From: Candidatus Omnitrophota bacterium
Lineage (GTDB): Bacteria > Omnitrophota > Omnitrophia > Omnitrophales > Aquincolibacteriaceae
NCBI GenBank assembly: GCA_043803685.1
Contig: JAZDJU010000037.1
Coordinates: forward strand, 96,001-160,000
Length of the DNA: 64,000 nucleotides
Direction: 5' to 3'
Shown: positions 1-9,373 of the stretch, in pieces
Position numbering within the stretch: position 1 is the stretch's first letter
Layout: each line of letters starts with the position of its first letter
The notes under the pieces: generated by a model
What the model saw: only the letters and a program-made list of their open reading frames with translations
Told to the model about the DNA's origin: nothing
The model's database searches: none
Program-made: the position numbers and the translations under genes

Positions 1-312
1 GGCCACAAGCGCCATCAGGAATTCCCGGGATTTTTTGTAGAAGAAGACCATCGGCGCGACCTTCATGAGCGCGAGACTCATCACGAGCGTCACCACAAAG
101 TTCTCCATACTCGCCGCTCTTGCGAATTCAATCCAGGTCCACAACACAAGCACTAGCACAACCATCCCCACGACCGGCATCCAACGGGGCCGGGTTTCGG
201 GATAAACCTTCATCGTAAGACGCCTCAGACTTTCCACCGAAAGGGCCGCCCACGCTCCCCCGAGCACCATCCACGCACCGAGTGCAACGCTCAGGATCTC
301 AAAATAGATCAT
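1..312 (-). CDS. Membrane protein, hypothetical (partial, runs off the left edge)
   Basis: Translated by hand from ATG at 312: MIYFEILSVALGAWMVLGGAWAALS...; open to position 1; GGAGG RBS upstream; three hydrophobic segments; not in the ORF track. Confidence 0.7.
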   Translation of the reverse strand, partial: MIYFEILSVALGAWMVLGGAWAALSVESLRRLTMKVYPETRPRWMPVVGMVVLVLVLWTWIEFARAASMENFVVTLVMSLALMKVAPMVFFYKKSREFLMALVA

Positions 313-337
313 AAAACCTCCGTCTACGACGTGCGCT

Positions 338-1015
338 CTATGCGCTGAAATATTTCCGAAGGATGACTTTCGGATCCATCGCGAGAAACTCAATAAAAGT
401 CTGGGTTTTCAGGTAGGCGTTCCTGAATGCGTCGCTACGGCACATCACCGTAAGCCGTTTGATACAACTCTTGGACGTTTCGGTGACGTGTTCGCGAAGT
501 TCGGCGATCACACGATCCGCCTCGGCCGGATGATCCCGGTGGATCCAGAAAACGTTCATCGCCAGCCGTACGATCGCTTCTTCCAGGCTCATAAGCGGCA
601 CGATCCCTTTGAAATAAGGCTGGTATCGCTGGACGTCTTCGCAATACTCAAAAAGAGCCATGTTCGTGACATACTGGAGGGCATGTTGGAGATCGGTCTC
701 CGAGATCGTGATCTTGCCGTCGCCTTGAACATAGATGGCCGTCACATAATCGCACGAAAGATACTTTTCCATTTGTTCGAGGAACGGCAGAAGTGGTTTC
801 ATCGCCGAGCAGAGCACGTCCTGTCCCCGGTGAGGACAGACCTTGCAGGTCTTGAAATCGTCATGTTGCCGCATTGCAAGAGGCAGGCGATGAGGATCCT
901 TCCAGAACTCTTCGCTCAATTTTTGGATGTTCTCGACGGAAAGATCCAGGGTCTCCCCATTCTGGAAGGAAAGGTACATCCCTTCTTTTTTGTATTGCTC
1001 CGTCTTCAGTTGCAT
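338..1015 (-). CDS. Hypothetical Cys-motif protein (possibly DUF6901-like)
   Basis: ORF 338..1039; likely start MQLKTE at 1015 after an AGGAG RBS; CKVCP-x7-C motif. Confidence 0.6.
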   Translation of the reverse strand: MQLKTEQYKKEGMYLSFQNGETLDLSVENIQKLSEEFWKDPHRLPLAMRQHDDFKTCKVCPHRGQDVLCSAMKPLLPFLEQMEKYLSCDYVTAIYVQGDGKITISETDLQHALQYVTNMALFEYCEDVQRYQPYFKGIVPLMSLEEAIVRLAMNVFWIHRDHPAEADRVIAELREHVTETSKSCIKRLTVMCRSDAFRNAYLKTQTFIEFLAMDPKVILRKYFSA

Positions 1016-1063
1016 ATCCGAACTCCTTGTGAAAAACATTCGCTACAGGCTTTGAGCTCTTGA

Positions 1064-1261
1064 CTAGAGTCTTCGGTCTTCTGTCTTAGGTCTTCCATCC
1101 TTAGCCTTCTTCCATCCTTCAATGATCAGCGTGACACCCACGAGAAAGAACGAAAGGAACCCCAGAAATGAAAAGACCATGCTAGGAAGCGTTCCCACCC
1201 AGAACGCGCAAAGAATAAGAACGGCCCCGGGAAGGAAATATTGCCAAAGATAGCTTCTCAT
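1064..1261 (-). CDS. Small two-TM membrane protein
   Basis: 65 aa with two hydrophobic helices and a basic tail partly encoded by a heptamer repeat. Confidence 0.55.
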   Translation of the reverse strand: MRSYLWQYFLPGAVLILCAFWVGTLPSMVFSFLGFLSFFLVGVTLIIEGWKKAKDGRPKTEDRRL

Positions 1262-1397
1262 AGAAGCTCATTCTCGCAGAACTGATCCCCCACCGCAAGC
1301 GGGACGACTAACCGTCCTGCGTGAGACGTACGCTCACTCAGCCTCCTTGATTTTGAAGGCGATCCCAAGTAACATTCCCCATCAAAGGAGATGAGAA

Positions 1398-2276
1398 ATG
1401 ATCGAGGTCTTGCTGGACGCTTTCAAAGATACGTTGGCCATGGCGCCGTGGCTTCTGGGGATCTATATCGCGCTCGAGTTCCTGGAAAACCGGTCGGAGT
1501 CCTTCATCGGCGAGAAGATCAGCCACCGGATGGGCGCGGCGCCTCTCCTGGGCGCGCTCTTCGGCTGTATCCCCCAATGCGGCTTCTCGGTCATCGCCGC
1601 CACGCTTTTTGCCCGCCGGTGCATTTCACTCGGAACTCTCATTGCCGTTTTTATTTCGACCTCGGATGAAGCAGTCCCGGTTATCCTCGCCCAACACGAC
1701 AAGGCGCCGCTCGTCCTCTGGCTCCTGTTTGTAAAAGTGATCCTCGCAACGGTCGCGGGCTACGCAGTCGACTTTTTTTGTAGAAAAGATAATCCCCGGG
1801 AACCGCATTCGTCCCACGCCCCCGTCGTCCCTCAGGGAGGATACCGCCACTGCAGCTGTCACGCCCACGGCCGGGAAATTCCCCGGTGGAAAACATTCTT
1901 TCTCTTCCCGCTCAAACACACGCTCAAAGTCCTTTTCTTCATTTTCGCGGTGTCGCTGTCGATCGGTCTTCTTGTCGCGAGATCCGGAGAAGCGGGCCTG
2001 GAGCACCTTTTTTTTTCAGGCACGCTCCTGCAACCATTCTTTTCCGTCCTTGTCGGCCTGATCCCGAACTGCGCGGCTTCGGTCGCGATCACCGAGATCT
2101 ATCTGAAAGGCGGCATCACTTTCGGCTCCGCCGTCGCGGGCCTTTCGGCAAGCGGCGGTCTGGGCTTCCTGGTCCTTCTCAAAGAGAACAAGGACCGGAA
2201 AGAGAACGCACTCGTCATCGGACTTCTCGTGCTGATCAGTCTTACCGCCGGAATTCTTCTGAATATATTGACCTGA
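1398..2276 (+). CDS. ArsP_2-type permease (putative Mn/metal or arsenical transporter)
   Basis: IPQCGFS and IPNCAAS motifs, STSDEA, His/Cys-rich central loop, AGGAG RBS. Confidence 0.8.
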   Translation: MIEVLLDAFKDTLAMAPWLLGIYIALEFLENRSESFIGEKISHRMGAAPLLGALFGCIPQCGFSVIAATLFARRCISLGTLIAVFISTSDEAVPVILAQHDKAPLVLWLLFVKVILATVAGYAVDFFCRKDNPREPHSSHAPVVPQGGYRHCSCHAHGREIPRWKTFFLFPLKHTLKVLFFIFAVSLSIGLLVARSGEAGLEHLFFSGTLLQPFFSVLVGLIPNCAASVAITEIYLKGGITFGSAVAGLSASGGLGFLVLLKENKDRKENALVIGLLVLISLTAGILLNILT

Positions 2277-2358
2277 CGTACGGCGCAAGGCGTACATCCT
2301 ATCGCGAAGAACATTTTCTTTTTCTCCGCACGCCGTGCTCCGTATGCGTAACGCTTTG

Positions 2359-2367
2359 TGATATAAT
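2359..2367 (+). promoter_or_regulatory. Extended -10 promoter (TGaTATAAT) upstream of the GDT1 gene
   Basis: Perfect TGnTATAAT about 80 nt before the ATG at 2448. Confidence 0.55.
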
Positions 2368-2447
2368 CCGCCGACCGATACGAAGCTGTAATGGGTCAGG
2401 CACCAAGGTGCCCGACCCCCTCCTTCAGTCATTAAAAGGAAAATTCT

Positions 2448-2720
2448 ATGGATTGGAAGATCTTCTTAGCAACTTTAAGCGCTATTTTTTTCGCGGAACT
2501 GGCCGACAAAACCCAGCTCGTGAGTATCACGATGGCCTCCAAGACCGGGAAGCCTCTTTCCGTGTTCCTGGGATCGATCGCGGGCTACGCGCTCGTAACC
2601 CTCATTTCGGTCATACTCGGAACTCTTCTGGCGAAATACGTAAAACCCGAGTTCATACGCTACTGCGGCGCGACGGCGTTCGTGGTCATCGGGACGTTGA
2701 TGTTTTTTAACAAACTGTAG
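2448..2720 (+). CDS. TMEM165/GDT1 (UPF0016) family Mn/Ca transporter, single-domain form
   Basis: FFAELADKTQL matches the E-x-G-D-K-T family motif (G to A); 3 TM. Confidence 0.9.
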   Translation: MDWKIFLATLSAIFFAELADKTQLVSITMASKTGKPLSVFLGSIAGYALVTLISVILGTLLAKYVKPEFIRYCGATAFVVIGTLMFFNKL

Positions 2721-2811
2721 ATAACTGCATAACGCGCAACGGGCAACGCACAACGGAAATGGTTTCGTTGCGCTTTGAACGTTGTACGTTGAGCGTAAAA
2801 AGGAGTGTTCC

Positions 2812-2892
2812 ATGGCCAAGAAAGCGAAAAAAGTTGCAAAAAAGAAAGTAACCAAGAAGAAAGCCGCAAAGAAATCCTGCTGCTGCCGTTAA
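2812..2892 (+). CDS. 26-aa Lys-rich microprotein with a CCC tail (MAKKAKKVAKKKVTKKKAAKKSCCCR)
   Basis: AGGAG RBS at 2801-2805, ATG 2812, TAA 2890-2892; below the ORF-track cutoff. Confidence 0.7.
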   Translation: MAKKAKKVAKKKVTKKKAAKKSCCCR

Positions 2893-2955
2893 TCATTCCG
2901 ACGCCTCCGCGGAAGCTGGATCTTCTCCTCTTCCGCGGGGGAAGAGGTTCCCCCT

Positions 2956-3117
2956 ATGGAAAATACGAATTCTAAAAAAGAAAAGAAAAAAGGGTTTTTC
3001 GCGAAACTCTTCGAAAAGATCGACAAGAAGCTGGAAGACAAGGCGAAAAAATCCGGTTGCTGTTGCGCCCCTTCCAAGGATAAAAAAGACTCGGACGGAG
3101 ATTCATGCTGCGGGTAG
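2956..3117 (+). CDS. 53-aa Lys/Cys-rich microprotein (MENTNSKKEKKKGFFAKLFEKIDKKLEDKAKKSGCCCAPSKDKKDSDGDSCCG)
   Basis: GAGG RBS, ATG 2956, TAG 3115-3117 overlapping the start of the next permease. Confidence 0.75.
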   Translation: MENTNSKKEKKKGFFAKLFEKIDKKLEDKAKKSGCCCAPSKDKKDSDGDSCCG

Positions 3118-4064
3118 CCGCAGACTGGTGGGTCTACTCCGTTCTGAGGCTTCCGCACGACACGCTCAGGGCCGAGGCCCTTTCCTTTTTCATCTACGAT
3201 TCCCTCAAAATTCTCATTCTGCTCTTCGTCATGATCGCGGGGATCGGCTTCCTCCGAACATTTCTTCCTCACGAAAGGATCAAGGGATGGCTGGAAAAAA
3301 AGACGGGGTGGGGGAATTTCCTGGCCGCTCTTTTCGGGGCCGTCACTCCGTTCTGTTCATGTTCCTCGATCCCGATCTTCCTGGGATTCATCAAGGCCGG
3401 GATCCCTCTGGGGATCACGTTCTCGTTCTTGATCACTTCCCCGCTGATCAATGAATACCTGGTGGTGGTCATGCTCGGTTTTTTCGGATGGAAGATCACG
3501 GCGGTTTATATCCTGAGCGGCATGTTCCTCGGGACCGTGTGCGGCATACTGCTCGGAAAAATGAAGCTCGAGGCCCATCTGGTGAATGATATACGGCCCG
3601 CCGACGGCCCGGTCGAGGCCTATCCGAATTCCACCGGTTTCGGATCGAGGATCGCCTTCGGGATCGGCGAGGCCGTCTCGGTCATCAAAAAACTCTGGCT
3701 TTGGATATTGATCGGGGTCGGGATCGGCGCCGTCATCCATAACTATGTCCCGGAAACCACGATCCAGAACTTGATCAGCAAGACCGGCGTTTTTTCCGTT
3801 CCCCTCGCGACCTTGCTCGGCGTCCCGATGTACGGAAGCTGCGCGGCGATCGTTCCGATCGCGGTCGTTCTCTTTCAAAAAGGTGTTCCGCTCGGCACCG
3901 CGCTCGCGTTCATGATGGCGGTTTCAGCCCTGAGCCTTCCCGAGGCCGTGATGCTCCGCCGGGCCATGAAACTGCCGCTCATCATGATCTTTTTCGGTAT
4001 CACGACGGCGGGGATCATTCTCACGGGTTATCTTATTAATGCCCTGCAACCGTTCCTGACCTGA
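3105..4064 (+). CDS. ArsP/DUF318 family permease
   Basis: TPFCSCSSIP, FLITSPLINE and ALSLPE motifs; multiple TM. Confidence 0.88.
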   Translation: MLRVAADWWVYSVLRLPHDTLRAEALSFFIYDSLKILILLFVMIAGIGFLRTFLPHERIKGWLEKKTGWGNFLAALFGAVTPFCSCSSIPIFLGFIKAGIPLGITFSFLITSPLINEYLVVVMLGFFGWKITAVYILSGMFLGTVCGILLGKMKLEAHLVNDIRPADGPVEAYPNSTGFGSRIAFGIGEAVSVIKKLWLWILIGVGIGAVIHNYVPETTIQNLISKTGVFSVPLATLLGVPMYGSCAAIVPIAVVLFQKGVPLGTALAFMMAVSALSLPEAVMLRRAMKLPLIMIFFGITTAGIILTGYLINALQPFLT

Positions 4065-4068
4065 ACCC

Positions 4069-4803
4069 ATGACGCATTCTCCTTACACCCAATGCCCGGT
4101 GCTCTTTGAAGACGCGGACCTTCTCGTCATCAACAAACCCGAAGGGGTTCTATCGCACCCGAATCCGGGAGGCAAAGGTCCCGGCGCGGCTTTCGAAGGT
4201 CCTTATGATCTCGGAGACAGGCGTTTTCAGACCCCCGGAGGTCCCCTCTGGTTGATCCACCGCTTGGATCAGGATACGTCCGGAACCCTTCTCGCCGCGA
4301 AAAACAAGAAAAGCGCCGCGGCCTGCCGTAACGCTTTTGACAAAAGAGAGGTCAAAAAAAATTACGTCGCCCTGGTCTCCAGGAAACCGATGCCACCCCA
4401 CGGGATTTGGCGCGATACCCTCATGGAACAGCGATCCTCCGGCGGCGTCCGTTCGGCGATCAATTACGCGGGAAAGCCCAACGCTTTTTTGAATTACAAA
4501 ATGAAGGAACATTTTCCGAAATATAATCTCTCGCTCCTCGAGATCGAACTGTTGACCGGAAAAACGCACCAGATCCGTGTGCAGTCGACCTACCGCGGTC
4601 ATCCCGTAGCCGGCGACCGGATCTACGGAAATTTCACTCTGAACAAGGAATTGCGACAGGCGCTGGATCTTCACCGGATGTTCCTTCATGCCTGGCGGCT
4701 AGCCCTTCCTCATCCGGCAAGCGGCAAACTTCTCACAATCGAATCCCCGCTTCCCGAGGACCTTGAAGACTGCCTTCTCAGGGTCTCTTCCTCGAAACGA
4801 TGA
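4069..4803 (+). CDS. RluA-family RNA pseudouridine synthase
   Basis: NKPEG, HRLDQDTSG catalytic motif, TGKTHQIRV, GDRIYG, LHAWRL. Confidence 0.92.
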   Translation: MTHSPYTQCPVLFEDADLLVINKPEGVLSHPNPGGKGPGAAFEGPYDLGDRRFQTPGGPLWLIHRLDQDTSGTLLAAKNKKSAAACRNAFDKREVKKNYVALVSRKPMPPHGIWRDTLMEQRSSGGVRSAINYAGKPNAFLNYKMKEHFPKYNLSLLEIELLTGKTHQIRVQSTYRGHPVAGDRIYGNFTLNKELRQALDLHRMFLHAWRLALPHPASGKLLTIESPLPEDLEDCLLRVSSSKR

Positions 4804-6440
4804 AGGTCCTGCTTTTACAGCCTCCGGTTCAGGACTTCTATAATACGGACATCCGTCTGCAACCAATCGGTCTGGCGTATCTCAAGGCCGCCGCCAAAAA
4901 ACATCTTCCGGACGTTCACGTCACGATCAAGGACTATCACCACGGGTGGGGCCGAAGAACGATCGCGCTTCCCCGGGAACTCGCCTACTTAAAAGATTTT
5001 TACGCCAAGGACGACAAAAGCCCGTTCTCGACCTTCCATCATTATTATCATTTCGGCGTGGACTTTGAGACGGTCGCCCGAGAGGTCGCGAAAGCGAAGC
5101 CCGATCTCGTAGGTATCGCTGCCCTTTTCGCCCCTTATCACCGCGAGGTTCTCCGCTGCGCGGAAGCTATTAAAAAACTCTGCCAGGTCCCCATTCTGCT
5201 CGGAGGCAGCCAGGTCTCCGCCATGCCTGAACACATGCTTGAGCATCCTGCGGTCGATTTCGTGATCCAGGGCGAGGGCGAAAAACCGTTCGTGGAACTT
5301 TTGAAGGCGCTAAAAAAGGGCGGGAATCCCAAGAAAGTGCAAAATCTTGGATACAAAAAACGCGAGCAACTGTTCTTAAATCCCCGGGAGGAGAACTATC
5401 CGGTCGAGAGCCTACCTTTTCCCGATCTCACCGACCTGCCTCAAAGTCATTATCTCTTCGAAAAAAAACCTCTTTGCTTCATCATCACTTCCCGCGGCTG
5501 TCCCTACCGCTGCGCCTTCTGTTCCGTCCATAAAACATTCGGGCACAAATGCCGCCGCCGTTCCGCGAAGAACATTCTGGCCGAGATCAAACAACGTTAC
5601 GCCGAGGGCTACCGTGTCTTTGACTTTGAGGATGATAATCTCACGTTCGACCGGAATGAAATGACGGCTCTTTGCCAAGAACTCATCCGGTTATTCCCCC
5701 AAAAGGATATCCAGCTGCTTGCGATGAATGGCGTCTGCTACTGGACGCTCGACCGCACGATCCTCAAGCTCATGCGACAGGCGGGATTCACGCACCTGAA
5801 CCTTTCGCTCGTAAGCACGAACACCCAACTGCTCAAAACAGTCCAGAGGCCCGCCCCGCTCAAAAAATACCGCGAGGTGATCGGTCACGCGACCGCGCTT
5901 GGTTTCAAAACCGTTGCTTACCAGATCCTCGGTCTTCCGGGAGACACGCTCGCTTCGATGATCCGGACACTTATCTTTAATGCGGGACTTCCCGTGCTCT
6001 TGGGAGCCTCTCCCTTCTATCTCATTCCCCGTTCTCCCATCGCGCGGCACTTCGACGAGCCGTCGGAGGCGGATATCTACAAAGCTCGCCTGACAGCGAT
6101 GGCCGTTGAAACAAAGGATTTCAAACGCGAGGACCTTTACACGCTCCTTATCACGACCCGCATTTTGAATTTCTTCAAAGGTCTGCCCCTTGCCGGAAGA
6201 TCCGTGCCTCTCTCCAAGGCCCTCGCGATCGCCGAAATGCAGGACAAGCGGTCAGCGACAGGCGCTGAGATTCTGAAGAGACTTCTAAAAGAAAAGGTTC
6301 TCTATGCGGCGACCTCCAAAGGCCTGGAGCCTCTTCCGCGTTTCCGGCCGGAACTTTTCTTCCGGCTGTGGCATAAGCTTGATATTATAAAAACTCAGTC
6401 CATGATCTCGATCCAAATTAAGGGAGGCCTGCGATGCTGA
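4800..6440 (+). CDS. B12-binding radical SAM protein
   Basis: N-terminal PIGLAYL / GEGE cobalamin-binding domain; SRGCPYRCAFC; FEDDN. Confidence 0.88.
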   Translation: MKVLLLQPPVQDFYNTDIRLQPIGLAYLKAAAKKHLPDVHVTIKDYHHGWGRRTIALPRELAYLKDFYAKDDKSPFSTFHHYYHFGVDFETVAREVAKAKPDLVGIAALFAPYHREVLRCAEAIKKLCQVPILLGGSQVSAMPEHMLEHPAVDFVIQGEGEKPFVELLKALKKGGNPKKVQNLGYKKREQLFLNPREENYPVESLPFPDLTDLPQSHYLFEKKPLCFIITSRGCPYRCAFCSVHKTFGHKCRRRSAKNILAEIKQRYAEGYRVFDFEDDNLTFDRNEMTALCQELIRLFPQKDIQLLAMNGVCYWTLDRTILKLMRQAGFTHLNLSLVSTNTQLLKTVQRPAPLKKYREVIGHATALGFKTVAYQILGLPGDTLASMIRTLIFNAGLPVLLGASPFYLIPRSPIARHFDEPSEADIYKARLTAMAVETKDFKREDLYTLLITTRILNFFKGLPLAGRSVPLSKALAIAEMQDKRSATGAEILKRLLKEKVLYAATSKGLEPLPRFRPELFFRLWHKLDIIKTQSMISIQIKGGLRC

Positions 6441-6898
6441 TCAAGCTCATGTTTTGTGTCCTTTTATGTCTTTCGGCCGGCGGCATCGGATCCGCCTTTA
6501 CCGCGTCCGCGATCCCCGGGTGGTACGCCACGCTCCAGAAGCCATTTTTCTCACCGCCCAATTGGATATTCGCTCCCGTTTGGACGCTCCTTTATATCCT
6601 GATGGGCATTGCGGCCGCGCTTGTCTGGAAAAAAGGGCTCCGGGCCCCCCAGGTCCGCACAGCACTCGTGATTTTTCTCGTTCAGCTCACGCTGAACACG
6701 GTCTGGTCGGTCCTTTTCTTCGGTCTCCGGTCGCCCCTGCTCGGGCTCATCGATATTCTGTTCCTTTGGGTCGCGATCTTGGTTACAATAGCGCGTTTTT
6801 CCAGGGTCTCGGTCCCGGCCGCCTTGCTCCTCATTCCCTATATACTTTGGGTAACTTTTGCGAGTGGGCTTAACTTTGGGATCTTTCTTTTAAACTGA
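6434..6898 (+). CDS. tspO: TspO/MBR family tryptophan-rich sensory protein
   Basis: WYATLQKPFFSPPNWIFAPVWTLLY; LNTVWSVLFF; LIPYILWVTFA. Confidence 0.92.
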   Translation: MLIKLMFCVLLCLSAGGIGSAFTASAIPGWYATLQKPFFSPPNWIFAPVWTLLYILMGIAAALVWKKGLRAPQVRTALVIFLVQLTLNTVWSVLFFGLRSPLLGLIDILFLWVAILVTIARFSRVSVPAALLLIPYILWVTFASGLNFGIFLLN

Positions 6899-6975
6899 CA
6901 AGAACATCGGGAAACGTTGAACGTGGAACGCAGAGAAATTCCGTTACCCGTCCCCCGAGGAAACGGTATTTAAAC

Positions 6976-7605
6976 ATGGAATGGTTGCAGGAATTTTTTT
7001 CGCGGCTTTATAACTTCCAGGAACTTATCCGCTGGGGCGGCTATCTTGGCCTCGTGATCATCATCTACGCCGAAACAGGACTGCTGGCCGGCTTCTTTCT
7101 TCCCGGCGATTCCCTGCTCGTCACCGCCGGCCTCTTCGCGGCGGTGGACGGAGCCTTGAACATCTGGATCCTCATCCCGCTTTTGTCGGCGGCCGCCATT
7201 GTCGGCGACAGCACCGGTTACTGGGTCGGATATCACTTCGGCCCGAGGCTTTTCAGCCGCACCGATTCTTTTTTCTTTCACAAAGACCATTTGGCCCGGA
7301 CGCAGAAATTTTATGATAAATACGGGCCTAAAACGATCGTGCTCGCCCGTTTCGTCCCGATCGTCAGGACCTTTGCCCCTACGGTCACGGGCGTCGGGAA
7401 AATGGCCTACGGAAAATTCCTTTTTTATAATGTCGCGGGCGGCATCCTCTGGATCGCCAGCATGACGCTCCTGGGGTTCTTTCTCGGGAAACAGATCCCC
7501 CACATCGAAAAGAACGTTCACTACGTCATTGCCGTCGTGATCATCCTGTCGGTCCTGCCGATCCTCAGGGAATGGCTCCATTCGAGGAAAAAGCCTCAGC
7601 CATGA
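6976..7605 (+). CDS. DedA family (VTT domain) membrane protein
   Basis: ETGLLAGFFLPGDSLL; ARFVPIVRTFAP. Confidence 0.92.
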   Translation: MEWLQEFFSRLYNFQELIRWGGYLGLVIIIYAETGLLAGFFLPGDSLLVTAGLFAAVDGALNIWILIPLLSAAAIVGDSTGYWVGYHFGPRLFSRTDSFFFHKDHLARTQKFYDKYGPKTIVLARFVPIVRTFAPTVTGVGKMAYGKFLFYNVAGGILWIASMTLLGFFLGKQIPHIEKNVHYVIAVVIILSVLPILREWLHSRKKPQP

Positions 7606-7937
7606 AAGTTTGGACCGTCGCGCTTCTGATCGTTTCCAATATTTTCATGACGGCAGCGTGGTACGGGCATCTGCGTTTTAAAAATACAGCTCTTTGGACC
7701 GTCATTCTCGTTAGCTGGCTGATCGCCTTCGTGGAATACTGCTTCCAGGTGCCCGCCAACAGGATCGGGTCCTACCATTTCTCGACGGCGGAACTCAAAA
7801 CGATCCAGGAAGTGATCACGCTCGTGGTATTCTGCGGTTTTTCTGTTCTTTATCTCAAAGAAGAATTAAAATGGAACTATCTCGTGGGCTTCGGTTTCAT
7901 GATCGTCGCTGTCTTCTTTGTCTTTAAAAAGTGGTAA
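7602..7937 (+). CDS. DMT family protein (DUF486-like)
   Basis: SNIFMTAAWYGHL, EYCFQVPANRIG, LKTIQEVITL; ATGA overlap with the DedA stop. Confidence 0.85.
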   Translation: MKVWTVALLIVSNIFMTAAWYGHLRFKNTALWTVILVSWLIAFVEYCFQVPANRIGSYHFSTAELKTIQEVITLVVFCGFSVLYLKEELKWNYLVGFGFMIVAVFFVFKKW

Positions 7938-7960
7938 TCCGGATAACTTGAAAGGTCTTT

Positions 7961-8707
7961 ATGGCTCTCAAAGAAACTTATGAAAAACAGGGCGCGTTCC
8001 TTTTCCGCCACCGAAGCTATCTCCCGCTCCTCGTCGCGCCTCTTGTCGTAGTCGCCTTCTTAAGCCCGTCCTATACTCATCCGCTCTTTAGCGGGTTCGC
8101 CGGCGGCCTCTGGAAAACCATCTGCATCCTGGTTTCCTTCGCGGGACTCCTCGTCCGCTGCCTTGTGGCCGGCTACGTGCCGCGCGGCACCTCCGGGCGC
8201 AACACGCAGACCCAGGTCGCGGAAAGCCTGAACACCCTGGGCCTTTATTCGATGGTCCGGAACCCGCTCTATCTCGGCAACTTCCTCATCATCCTGGGAC
8301 TTCTGCTCTTGATCCAGGTTTGGTGGTTCACACTCGCCGGAGTCCTCATTTTCTGGATCTTTTACGAGCGCATCATCTTTACGGAAGAAGAATTCCTCCG
8401 CCAAAAGTTTGGCGCCACGTTCGTGGAATGGTCCATGAAGACGCCTGTCTTCATCCCCAAATTCTCGAACTGGCAGAAACCGGCGCTCCCTTACGCGTGG
8501 AAGACCGTCCTGCGACGTGAACACTCCACGCAGTTCGGAATGATCTCTTCTCTCACGCTTCTCGGGATCGCCTCCGACCTGTTCACGAAGCCTGATCACA
8601 AGATCGCAACTTTCTGGTGGATCTTTTGGGGAACTTCCCTTTTGGTTTATGTCGTCTTCCGTTTTCTGAAGAAGAAGACCCACGTTCTTGATCTGGAAGG
8701 AAGATAA
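7961..8707 (+). CDS. ICMT-family membrane methyltransferase, similar to lipid A phosphate methyltransferase LmtA
   Basis: GTSGRNT-x3-VAESLNT-x-GLYSMVRNPLYLGN and YERII-x-EEEFL motifs. Confidence 0.75.
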   Translation: MALKETYEKQGAFLFRHRSYLPLLVAPLVVVAFLSPSYTHPLFSGFAGGLWKTICILVSFAGLLVRCLVAGYVPRGTSGRNTQTQVAESLNTLGLYSMVRNPLYLGNFLIILGLLLLIQVWWFTLAGVLIFWIFYERIIFTEEEFLRQKFGATFVEWSMKTPVFIPKFSNWQKPALPYAWKTVLRREHSTQFGMISSLTLLGIASDLFTKPDHKIATFWWIFWGTSLLVYVVFRFLKKKTHVLDLEGR

Positions 8708-8793
8708 CTTCCTTTAAAGAGGAAGCGTGGAACGGTTCTCGGGGAACGGATCGTTCTACGCGGCACGTTCCCCGGCCTTTCAGGAGGTGCTCT

Positions 8794-9360
8794 ATGAAAA
8801 AATCGCTCGGTGCAAGAACGCTCCTTTTCCCCACGCCGGTCCTGATCGTCGGCTCCTATGACGCGAAGGGCGTCCCTAACGCCATGAATGCGGCCTGGGG
8901 CGGCATCGCCAGTTCGGAACCGCCTTCCGTCACGGTCTCAATTCGCAAGAGCCGGAAAACCTACGAGAACATCCTGCTGACCAAGGCCTTCACCGTGAGC
9001 ATCCCCTCCGAGAAATATATGAAAGAGGCGGATTATCTCGGGATCGTTTCCGGCAAGACCGAGGACAAGTTCAAAGCCACGGGCCTTACGCCCGTTAAAA
9101 GCGACCTTGTGAACGCCCCGTACGTCGCGGAATTCCCGCTTGTGCTCGAATGCGTCCTTAAAGAGACCCATGATCTCGGCGCCCACATACAATTTATCGG
9201 GGAGATCAAGGACGTGAAAGGGGACGAGACGGTCCTGAACGCTAAAGGATTCCCAGACCCTGAAAAGATGAAAGCGTTCATGTTCGACCCTTGCACGGGC
9301 GCTTATTACGCGACCGGAAGATTTCTCGGACAAGCGTTCACCGCAACAAAGAAATCCTAG
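8794..9360 (+). CDS. Flavin reductase / flavoredoxin family protein
   Basis: PTPVLIVGSYD, NAMNAAWGG, LECVL, H-x2-FIGEI. Confidence 0.88.
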   Translation: MKKSLGARTLLFPTPVLIVGSYDAKGVPNAMNAAWGGIASSEPPSVTVSIRKSRKTYENILLTKAFTVSIPSEKYMKEADYLGIVSGKTEDKFKATGLTPVKSDLVNAPYVAEFPLVLECVLKETHDLGAHIQFIGEIKDVKGDETVLNAKGFPDPEKMKAFMFDPCTGAYYATGRFLGQAFTATKKS

Positions 9361-9373
9361 GACAACCATTCCT

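Noticed and set aside
8708..9373. Fluoride riboswitch upstream of crcB
   Set aside because: Only 13 nt separate crcB from the previous gene, and I found no GGCGATGG...GCTAATGAC-type consensus further upstream
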